In this document: one piece after another, positions 10,685 through 22,800 of the stretch | How the letters are laid out: each line of letters opens with the position of its first letter | Numbering within the stretch: the first letter of the stretch is position 1 | Origin: Octopus sinensis | Taxonomy: Eukaryota | Assembly (NCBI RefSeq): GCF_006345805.1 | Contig: NC_043025.1 | Span: 13,640,001 to 13,704,000, forward strand | Reading direction: 5' to 3' | DNA length: 64,000 bases | Made by a program: the position numbers and the translations under genes | The notes under the pieces: model-generated | Seen by the model: only the letters and a program-made list of their open reading frames with translations | What the model was told of the DNA's origin: nothing | Database searches by the model: none

Positions 10685-12558
10685 GCATATACACACAGGG
10701 TGTCCATAAAGTTATGGTGCTATTTAAAATACTTGTATCTTTGTTGCTAGACAAGATGGAATTTGTAAAAAGGGTAAGAAAGAAAAATGACCAAAATTTT
10801 TGATTCATCTTGTTAATTCTCCATTCTGCTCCAGGTATGGATGAACGCAGCCATCCAAAACTTCAACTCCCTCGGCATAGCATTTGGTGGACTCATAACG
10901 ATGTCCAGCTATAACAAGTTCAGCAACAACATAATTAAGTAAATTATATTTTCTTTTCTTCTTTTTTGTTTTATTTTCATTTTCCATTCTTACTTGGCTG
11001 TGTGGTTAGGAAGTTGGTCTCCCAGTCGCATGGTTCCAGGTTCAGTCCCACTGCGTGGCATCTTAGGCAAATGTCTTCTACTCTAGCTTTGGGCTGACCA
11101 AAGCCTTGTGAATGGATTTGGTAGACGGAAACTGAAGGGCGGAGAGCTGGCAGAAACGTTAGCACGCCAGGTGAGATGCTTAGTGGTAGGTATTTCGTCT
11201 GCAGTTACATTCTGAGTTCAAATTCTGCCAAGGTCGACTTTGCCTTTCATCCTTTCGGGGTCGATAAATTAAGTACCAGTTACACACTGGGGTTGGTGTA
11301 ACCAACTTAATCCTTTGTCTGTCCCCTTTATGTTTAATCCCTTGTGGGCAATAAAGAAATAAGAAACTGAAAGAAGCCCATCGTACATATTATATATATA
11401 TATGTGTGTGTGTGTATAGACATATATATAACATCGACCCCCAATATTTCACTGGTACTTAATTTATCGACCCCGAAAGGATGAAAGGCAAAGTCAGCCT
11501 TGGCAGAATTTGAACTCACAACGTAGTGGCAGACGAAATGCTGCTGAGCATTTCGCCCGGCATGCTAACGATTCTGCCAGCTCGCTGCCTTAATAATAAT
11601 ATAATAATAATAATAATAGTTTCAAAGTTTGAAAGAAGGGCAGCCATTTTGGGAAAGGGGTTTTACAGTGTGTAAACAATATAAAAAACAAATTAAAACT
11701 CCTAATAGGGGAGGTGCTTTAAGGTCCTCATAGAAAAACCCACAAAATCCATGGGTCCCTGATCAATAGGCAAGAGCCCTTCTTTTTTCTACAGGTGCAT
11801 GCTCAGAATTAGTCCTTTCACACTGGCCATTCTTCCAACATTCACCCACCGTTAATAATAATAATAAATATGCCCTGATGCAGTCCCAGGCAGTGGCTCT
11901 CATGGCTTCTGATCTTAACTGATTGGAAGTGTTATCATGTACATTGTTTTGTCTTGGTATAAAAGATGGGCTACTGCAAATATTCTGCTCAATACCACAG
12001 ATTTGCTTGTCAGTTGTTTGACCGTAACCAGTTGATCATGTCCCTTAGGAGCTGACGATATGTGCATCTCTGATCACGAGCAGAAGTAGTGGGGGAGCAT
12101 CATAGCCGTGTGTTGAGAGGAATTCTTGGGGGTTTGGATAATTCACCTCTGGAAACATGGGTGTTTCGTTCAACTGCCTTAAACAACCCTTATTCAGGGA
12201 TCTTTTGAGTGGGATGGGTTACTCAACGTGAAGAAAATTTTAACTGGGCCCCATTTGCAAGGTCATGTACTGTTTATCTTGGTATGGGATCACCATGTCC
12301 CGCACATATGGTTGTGATGCATGTGCCTGGTGTACCCTTATCTGACGGGTAGTCATGATGGGTATACTGGGCTTCGTATATTTGTACCCCAGTGTAGCTT
12401 TGATGGCATGCACTGCTCTCTCACTCAATAATAATAATAATAATAATAATGATTAATAATTAATGATAACAATGGTAAAGAATGTCAATATTATTTATTC
12501 TTTTGCTTTCTTCTACACTCGGCTCTTTGTGCTGTGAATAGTGTGAGGTGTATACATG

Positions 12559-12597
<39 letters not shown>

Positions 12598-15500
12598 TGA
12601 TAGGATGAGGAAAATATACACAAAGGATGATTACTGACATTGAGAACAACTGTGGGGGTGGTGGTGGGTGGGGAAGTTTCTGTAGTGGGTGGGGGTGGTG
12701 ATAGTAGCTTTTGTAGTGGTAGTAGTAGTAGATGTTGTAGTGCTGGCGATGGTGGTAGTGGTTGTAGTTGTGCTGGTGGTGGTAGTAATAGTAGTGGTTG
12801 TAATAGATGTACTGGTGTTGGTTGCAGTGGTAGTGGTTGTAATAGTAGTGCTAGTTGTAGATGTTGTAGTTATAGTGGTGTTGGTGGTTGTGATAGTGGT
12901 AGTAGTGGTTATAGCTGTAGTTGTGGTGGTGATAGTAGATGTAGTGGTGTTGGTGGCAGTGGTAGCTGTAGTTGTGGTGGTGGTAGTAGTAGATGTAGTT
13001 GTGTTGCTAGTTGTTGTAGTTGTGGTGGTAGTAGACATAGTAGTGGCGGTGATTGTAATAGTATTGGTTGTAGTTTTCGCAGTTGTGGTGGTAGTGCTGC
13101 TGCTACTGGTTGTGATAGTAGCGGTGGTTGTAGTTGAAGGGGTGGTGGGGATGGCTGTGTGGGTGGTAGCGGCATGTTGCAGTGATGGGCATGGATAGCC
13201 CGATAAGAGGGTCATGCAGCAGCTAGCTACCTTCCCCTCCACCTCACCCATAACTCATTAGCCAAGCAACAAACCATAGCAACAAACACACACCCACAAG
13301 AACAAAAACACAAACAACTACGGTTGTCATGGTGATCACGCATTGGGTAGTGGTCAGCTAGATTTTGTTGGTGTTGTTTAGCCCTAGGTCAGACCTGATC
13401 CAGCTGTCCTATGATTCCAGCCATGACCATAATGTACAAGGAACTCAGAAACACATTCTTTGCCATTTTTAAGACAATAAGGTGTGATTTGAGGGAGATT
13501 TGGCTGCTATTTCTGCCAGCTCTAGCTACCTTATACAGGTCTCCCTTGGCTCATACATACATAAGACAATAAGGTGTGATTTGAGGGAGATTTGGCTGCT
13601 ATTTCTGCCAGCTCTAGCTACCATATACAGGTCTCCCTTGGCTCATACATACATAAGACAATAAGGTGTGATTTGAGGGAGATTTGGCTGCTATTTCTGC
13701 CAGCTCTAGCTACCATATACAGGTCTCCCTTGGCTCATACATACATAAGACAGTAAGGTGTGATTTGAGGGAGATTTGGCTGCTATTTCTGCCAGCTCTA
13801 GCTACCATATACAGGTCTCCCTTGGCTCATACATACATAAGACAGTAAGGTGTGATTTGAGGGAGATTTGACTGCTATTTCTGCCAGCTCTAGCTACCAT
13901 ATACAGGTCTCCCTTGGCTCATACATACATAAGACAATAATGTGTGATTTGAGGGAGATTTGGCTGCTATTTCTGCCAGCTCTAGCTACCATATACAGGT
14001 CTCCCTTGGCTCATACATACATAAGACAATAAGGTGTGATTTGAGGGAGATTTGGCTGCTATTTCTGCCAGCTCTAGCTACCATATACAGGTCTCCCTTG
14101 GCTCATACATACATAAGACAATAAGGTGTGATTTGAGGGAGATTTGGCTGCTATTTCTGCCAGCTCTAGCTACCATATACAGGTCTCCCTTGGCTCATAC
14201 ATACATAAGACAATAAGGTGTGATTTGAGGAAGATTTGGCTGCTATTTCTGCCAGCTCTACCTACCATATATAGGTCTCCCTTGGCTCATACATACATAA
14301 GACAATAAGGTGTGATTTGAGGGAGATTTGGCTGCTATTTCTACCTGGTCAATCTACAATGTAGAGGCCACTCCTATTGGCTCATATATACACACATCAG
14401 ACAGTAGGGTGTGATTTGAGAGAGATTTGGCTGCTATTTCTACCAGGCCTAGCTACCATGTAGATGTCGCCTTATTAGCTCATACCTACATATGTAAGAC
14501 AGCAGGGTGGGATCAGAGGGAGATTTAACTACTATTTCTGCCAGGTCTAGCTATCATGTTGTGGTCTCCTTCATTGGTTCATACGTACATAAGCCAGTAG
14601 GGCATGATTTGAGGGAGACTTGGCTGCTATTGGTATGGAATATAGTCACCATGTAGAGGTCTTCGTCATTGGTTCATACATACATAAACATAGATTAGAT
14701 AGTAGGGTGTGATTTGAGGGAGACTTGGCTGCTATTTCTACCAGGTCTAGCTACTATTTAGAGACTTCTCTCACTGGTTCATACATAAAACAGTGAGGTG
14801 TGAGTTGGCTGGTATTTTCACCATGTGTAGCTACATGTAGGGTTCTCTCTTGTTGGCTCACTTATACATATGTACATACATTAGATGATGAAGTGTGATT
14901 TGAGGGAGATTTAGCTGCAATTTCTACAAGGTCTAGCTACCATGTAGAGGCTTCCTTCATTGGCTCATACATACATATACACAAACATAGGACTGTATGG
15001 TGTTTCTCCCAGGTCTGGCTACCAAGTAGAGATCTCCCTTGTTGATTAGAAAGTACAGTGTGATTTGAGGGAGATTTGGCTGCAATTTCTTCCAGGTCTA
15101 GCTACCCTCATTAGCTCATACATGCATAAGACTGTACAGTGTGATTTGAGGAAGATTTGACTGCTATTTCTCCCAGGTCTGGCTACCAAGTAGAGATCTC
15201 CCACATTGGTCCATATACACATACATTTGACATAGGGCGTGTTTTGAGGGAGATTTGGCCATCACTTCTAGCAGGTCGTGTTGCAACATGTAGGCATGGT
15301 GTTTGTTTGTTTTGTATGATTTCAAAGTAGCACTCAATAACTCTGACTAAGATCAAAGTGGAATATCTGGTCTTTCCAGCTTCATATCAAATAAGGATCC
15401 TATTTCAGTCCATTGACATTAAATGGATTTTTTTTTAATGAGTTATGATGAAAGCAATGAGCTGGAAGAATGACTTGCCTATCACTTTACAGGGTGGAGT

Positions 15501-16812
15501 CAGTGCTTTTTACATACTACCAACATCATCATCATCATTTAACGTGTTTTCATGTATCATTTCTACAGCTGGGTGCCCAGCCGTTCAAGAATTTGGACCT
15601 GGAGATCTCCATTTCCAGTGACTTTGAGGGGCCACCTCCCAGTGGTGTCGGCCGTCAACGAAGAGCCCTCGACTACAACAAGACGACCAAAGTTTTTTTT
15701 TTTTCCAAGGTCTGGGGTCTCTCACCCCTAAGCCCTAGACCATGTGCCCTGCCGTTCATGAATTTGGACCTGGAGATCTCCATTTCCAGTGACTTTGAGG
15801 GGCCACCTCCCATTGGTGTCGGGCATCAACGAAAAGCCCTCGACTACAACAAGACGACCAAAGTTTTGTTTTTTTTCCAAGGTCTGGGGTCTCCCGTCTC
15901 TAAGCCCTGGACCATCACCTAATCACCCTTACCTGTCTTGTTGCTTAACAAAAACAACAGCTGGGTGCCCTTCCTAATGCCAACCACTTTAAAGAATGGA
16001 TTAGGTGGGGTTTTTTTTTACATTGTACCAGCACAATCATCATCATCATCATCATACATCTGTTTTCCATGCTGGCATCTGTCAGATGGCTTGACAGGGC
16101 AGCGGACTCGTGGTCGGAGGATCGCGGTCTCAATTCCCAGTGTGTATTTATTGAGCGAAAACACACTAAAACTTCCACGAGGCTATGGCGACCCCTGTTG
16201 TACTCTTTCGCCACAACTTTCTCTCACTCTTTCTTGAGTAATGCTGCGATGGACTGGTGTCCCGTCCAGCTGGGGGGAACACATACGCCACAGAAACCGG
16301 GCCCATGATTTTGGCTAGGCTTGAAAAGGGCGAAAAAGAAAAAAGGATCTCAGTATCTGTCTGTGGTGAATTTTTGGAGGCTTGGTTAGAGGAAGTATGT
16401 TGAATAAAATAATTAACTGATGTTCTAGTATTTTCTTTTACCCAAAGCCAGGAACTTTCCAGCAACCCTTTGTATATGATAAGCAATGAATTCAGGTCGT
16501 TTAGGGATTGTTTCTGGCAATAATAATCTGGTAAAGAAAGATGTGACCCTCTAGTCCCTATTTGTGAAATAAACTCACACACCCTCAGGCTCCTGGTCTT
16601 TCTTAATATTCTTTTACTTGTTTCAGTCATTTGACTGTGGCCATGCTGGAGCACCGCCTATAGTTGACCAAGTCGACCCCAGGATTTTTCTTTGTAAGCT
16701 TAGTACTTATTCTATCAGTCTCTTTTGCTGAACCGCTAAGTTACGGGGACGTAAACACACCAGCATCAGTTGTCGAGCGATGTTACGGGGACAAACACAG
16801 ACACACAAACAT

Positions 16813-16867
<55 letters not shown>

Positions 16868-19800
16868 TACAATGGGCTTCTTTCAGTTTCCCTCTACCAA
16901 ATCCACTCACTCCAGGTTGGCCCAGAGCTATACTAGAAGACACTTGCCTAAGGTACCATACAGTGGGACTGAACCCAGAACCATGTTGTTGGTAAGCAAG
17001 CTACTTACCACACAGCCACCCCTGAACCTAATCTATATCTTTGTGTTTGATTTTTGTTATCTCCAAACCCCTTTCTGAACTATTCATCTTTTCCTTTCAG
17101 GGATGTCATTTGTCTTGCACTAATCGATGCCTTCACTTGTATCATGGCCGGCTTTGCCATATTCTCCATCTTGGGTGCGTTAGCTGTGTCCCAGGGCAAA
17201 ACGGTGGAAGATGTTGTGACTGAAGGTAAGTTTTGCTTCACTCTTAACTTCGTAAGTGATGCAGAATTTGCACGAGTTGGCCAGTCCTAAAACGCATGAT
17301 ATCACAAGAACCATACTAACCTTGAGCACATTTATTTCTGACTTCCAGTAAGACACTATCCACCATTAGTGAAAATGTCAGTTCTATGTAAATTTCACAT
17401 TTTGAATTAACCCTTTCCTTACTGTATTTCTGTTGAGATGCTCTGACTTTCTTTCAATTAATTTTAAATATACCAAAGAATTTAGTAAAATAACTTAGTT
17501 ATCATTAAGCTAGTGTTAGGAACATAAATTGTGACTAAGGTTTGGTGGAAGATTTTAATTCAAAACTTATGAAAACAAGACATTTGTACTACAGAGCCAG
17601 AGGTGGTTTCAACCAGGTTGGTATCAAAAGGGTTAAGAATTGTTTCTCTATTATATATCTTAACCCTTTTGTTACCATATTTCTGTTGAGATGCTCTGTG
17701 TTTCTTTCAATTTCTTTAAATATAACAAAAAATTTAGTAAAATAACTTGGTTATCATTAAGCTAGTGTTAAGAACATAAATTGTGACTAAGGTTTGGTGG
17801 AAGATTTTAATTCAGAACTTATGAAAACAAGACATTTGTACTACAGAGCCAGAGGTGGTATCAAAAGGTTGAAGATGACCAGATGGTCTTCATCACTTCA
17901 AAAGATAAGCATACAAGGAGGGCAGGGTTCAAATCACAGGTGGTTTCAACTAGGTTGGTATCAAAAGGGTTAATCTGCACACATTTCATGGTTATATAGT
18001 TTTCAACAGACTACACATTTCACACAACTAATATCAAACTGATTTTTCTTCCCACTCACATTTCATGCCTATATTTACCATGGATTTCTTTTCCTTTCGC
18101 AGGGCCTGGTCTCGTGTTTATCATTTATCCGCAAGCTTTCTCAGAAATGCCAGTGGCACAGCTGTTTGCGTTCTTGTTTTTCCTCATGCTCATCTGCCTT
18201 GGGATCGACAGCCAGGTAGGGATTAGGGGATCGCTTATGGACCCACCGTTAGGAAAATGTTTTCGGGCCACTGATGGGCGCTGTTTTTACAGGGGTCCAT
18301 CCAGTTGCCGTTTAATTCCTCCTTTCTATCTGCCTGTCTGTCTATCCTACAGTTCGCTGGTGTCGAGGTGGTCGTCACGGCCCTACAAGATCATTTTGCC
18401 CCCCAAATCAAGAAATACCTGAAAAGGAAGGAACTTCTCGTCCTTCTCGTTTGTCTGCTTTCCTTTCTTGGTGGACTTCCGAATGTCACTCAGGTGAGTG
18501 TGAACCCCAATTTTCTACCACCTATTTCTCCTCATCATTATCATCATTCTTGTCCTTCAACCCTTTTGTTGCCATTTCTGTTGAAGCATTCTTCATTTTT
18601 TTTTCTGTATGTAAGCAAATGGATATGAAAATAAACAGATCAACATAGAGACGGATAGGTACGTAGGTTAGAAGAACAGACACACATGGAGACTGAAACA
18701 CATGACCATATATACACGCACTCACTCACTTTACTCCACACAAGGACACATATAGAGACACGGGTCCACACATATAGAGATGCACATCCATATGCATACA
18801 CACACATATATACATACATACATACACACACACACATAGAAAATACACAAACACAGACATGCAAGCATATGAATATACAGGATACGTACATACAGATGCC
18901 CACACATATGCATACACACACATATATACATACATACACACACACACATACATAGAAAATACACAAACACAGACATGCAAGCATATGAATATACAGGATA
19001 CGTACATACAGATGCCCACACATATGCATACACACACATATATACATACACACACACACACACATAGAAAATACACAAACACAGACATGCAAGCATATGA
19101 ATATACAGGATACGTACATACACATGCAAACACACACACATACATACGTTCATGCATGCATATATATGCACATACACACACTGACCCACAAACAAACAAA
19201 AGGGAACACAGTGTAAATAAGGGACAGAGTCTTGACTCTTGAAAAGGTTGCAAGACTCAACGAAAATTTTAGGAAAATAAAAATAATAACTAAGTGGAAA
19301 TTTTACCGGTGAGTGTGTTGAATAATAAGGCACAAAAAGAGAATGACCCTCCCCAGACACAACAGAATATGTTTCGATTCTTTTACACGTTTCAACCCTA
19401 AAGTTGTGGCCATGCTGGAGCGCCGCCAAAGTAATCATCCTTTCAATGGCCAATCTTATGAGATTGGCTTTTTTGTGAAGAAGGGAGTTCAACACTACTG
19501 CCCTCTTTTGGAAACTTCTGCATTGATATTGGTTCATCTGGGACCCTGGATAGGGGGTCAAATTGTTTCTTGAAAGCATCTGCCCATACTCCACGAAGAT
19601 CCCTCAGATGTTTTGGCAAGGCGTCAAATAGCTGTGGGCCCTTGAATCCCAAGTCACATGGTCTTCACTCTGGATGGAATAACTGGGACCTCTAGAACAG
19701 GGCACCTCCACCGTTGCTGATGTTGTTGGTCTGTCATAGGGGTCAGTGTAGACAATCCTGTTTGAATTGAACTTGGGGTGTGTGTCTGCCAAGTTTATCC

Positions 19801-22800
19801 TCACCTGCTGACCAATGAGCAGAAAGAACGGGCGAAATGCTTAGCGGTATTTCGTCTGCCGTTACAATCTGAGTTCAAATTCCACCAAGGTCGATTTTGC
19901 CTTTCATCCTTTTGGGATCGATAAATTAAGTACCTATTTCTTTATTACCCACAAGGGGCTAAACACAGAGGGAACAAACAAGGACAGACATAGGTATTAA
20001 GTCGATTACATTGACCCCAGTGCGTAACTGGTACTTAATTTATCGACCCCGAAAGGATGAAAGGCAAAGTCGACCTTGGCGGAATTTTAACTCACAACGT
20101 AACGGCAGACGAAATACCGCTAAGCATTTAGCCCGGCGTGCTAACGTTTCTGCCAGCTCGCCGCCTTAAATTAAGTACCAGTTATGCACTGGGGTTGATG
20201 TAATTGACTTAATCCCTTTGTCAGTCCTTGTTTGTCCCCTCTGTGTGTAGCCCCTTGTGGGCAGTAAGGAAATAAGAAAGAACTTCATGTTGAACTCTGT
20301 CGAGATCTCCGTCATCATGCTGCTGATGACCCACCCTTCATGTCAAGGATCATCACCAGTGGCGAGAGTCGGGTCTATGGGTAGGACCCTGAGACAAAGC
20401 AACAACCATCACGATGGAAGAGCCCTTCACCTCCACGACCAAAGATGGCATAACAGAGCTGCAGCTCAATCAAGGGAATACTTGCCATTTTCTTTCTTGT
20501 TTTTGGACCTCCATGGTTCTGTGTATCGAGAATTTGTCCGTGAGGCCCAGAAAGTCAATCAAGAGTTCTACTCCAACACTTTGAAGCTTTGAGGAAGAAC
20601 ATCGTTCGGCAGAGTAACCAGATCTGTGAAGTGCAATGAATCGAATTCTTCACAACAGCAAGGTACCCTGTTACTAAGCTCTCCTTAGTGACAGGGTACA
20701 GATGTGGGTGGGTTTGGGTTTCACCATGTTGGTCGATAGCTTCTTTAACCTTTTCCATACCAACCCACATGAGACCACCACCAATGGTTCTATGATCTCC
20801 ATTAAAATCTTCCATCAAAATGTCAAGTTGATTTATGTTCCAAACACCAGATTAATTAATTAATTAATGGCAAAGTTAATTTAATAAATCCTTCCTTATT
20901 TTCGAAAGTTCACATCAATTTCTGTTCCAGAGTAAGATGAGAAGGTCACCATCTGGATTGTCAGTGGTTTGTAAGGACCAGCACTTGTAGTAACTGTGAG
21001 GTTTTTCTGCAGGGGCCTTTATAAAACTTTCTTAATAACTGACCTATTGATGTGATGTTGTGGCTTTCAGCACTGTTCTTGTTATATCTTTGCAGGGTGG
21101 TATTTACTTCTTCCAGTTAATCGACAGGTATGCTGCTGGGGTGTCTGTCATGTACCTGGCGTTCTTCGAAGTTATTGCTGTCACCTGGTTCTATGGTAAG
21201 ACCCTCACACACAATCTGTCAGCCTGTTCCCTAATTATTTACCCCACAAGGTACCCTGTGCAAGAATGTGAATAGAAGAGACAAAACAATCGGGTAGGAT
21301 GGCACGAACAAGGGTACCCAGCATAGAAACAATTCTACCTTCATGATGATGGTGGTGGTGGTTTTAAATTTGACCACAAGGGCAGCAATTTTAGAGGAAA
21401 GGAATGAGTTGATTACATCGATCCCCAGTACACAACTGGTACTAAATTTATCGACCCGGAAAGGATGAAAAGCAAAGTCAACCATGGCGGAATCTGAACT
21501 CAGAATGTAGCGGCAAAGTACTGCTAAGAATTTTGCCCAGCTCAATGCCTTAATAATAATAATAATCTTTTCTGCTGTAGGCATGAGGCCTGAAATTTTG
21601 GGACGTAAACACACCAGCATCGGTTGTCAAGTGATGTGGAGGGACAAACACATACACACAAAGATATATATATACATATACATATATACGATGGGCTTCT
21701 TTCAGTTTCCGTCTACCAAATCCACTCACAAGGCTTTCGTTGGCCCAAGGCTATAGTAGAAGACACTTGCCCAAGATGCCACGTAGTGGGACTGAACCCG
21801 GAACCATGTGGTTGGTTAGCAAGCTACTTACCACACAAATAATAATAGTAATTCCTTTTCTTATTAGCACAAGGCCTGAAATTTCATGGATGGAGGCCAG
21901 TCAATTACATCAACCCCTGTACTCAACTGGTCCTTACTTTATCGACCCTGAAAGGCAAAGTCAACCTTGGCAGAATTTGAACTCAGAATATTATGATGGT
22001 CAGAATACTTGACAGCATTTGGTCCCACGTGCTGTATTCTGTCGGCTCACCAGCAAAACTCTGGATTAGAAGTTCTCAGCCATTTATTTTTATCTATGGA
22101 CCCCACTGATTAGTGTTTGATTCTGGTTGACCCCTATGGCCATTTGTTGCTTAAAAACTAGTTTTATAGAAACTCCTTTCAAAATTCCTGTTTTGTTTCT
22201 CACACATTCCTTTGTGTAGGTTGAACAATATAAAACATGGTTCTTAACCATTCTTTATCTCTGGACCCCTTTTGATTACCATATTATTCTGGTGGAGCCC
22301 CATAGTCATTTGTTGTTTAACCCTTTAGTATTTAAACCGGCCAAAATATTTAATCTGTTTTATGTTCAAACTGACCAGATCCAGGCCCTCACACCTACCC
22401 TACAATGTTATTCTACATTAAGTAATTACACCATCAAGATCTTGAAGATATGAGATAATGCATGATTAATTCAAATCAATGGGAATCAATAAGCATTATG
22501 TTTGATAGAATAATCAGAACACTAAAGGGTTAAAAACTAGTTTTCTAGAAACTTCTTTCGAAATTCCTTATTTCGTTTCTCACACATTTCCTTGTTTAGG
22601 CAGAACCATGTAAAACGTGGTTCTCAACCATTGCTTTTTTTTTTCATCTATGGACCCATTTGATTAGTGTTTTATTCTGGTTGACCCCTATGGCCATTTG
22701 TGGTTTAAAAACTAGTTTTCTAGAAACTCCTTTTTGTTTTTCACACATTCCCTTGTTTAGGTCGAACCATGTAAAACGTGGTGCTCAACCAATTTTTTTT

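Noticed and set aside
12631-13251. 206-aa Thr-rich mucin-like ORF and overlapping Val- or Gly/Cys-rich ORFs
   Set aside because: Translation of a trinucleotide repeat open in several frames; intronic, with no splice support.
13471-15290. CRISPR-like appearance of regular arrays (also 23868-24075 and 27623-28110)
   Set aside because: Head-to-tail units with no unique spacers, no cas genes, and a eukaryotic intron context.
18640-19594. Long C/V/Y/M- and H/T-rich ORFs
   Set aside because: (CA)/(TA) compound repeat artefacts.
20280-20820. Possible retroelement coding relic
   Set aside because: Looks non-random, but I could not read any diagnostic RT or endonuclease motif.
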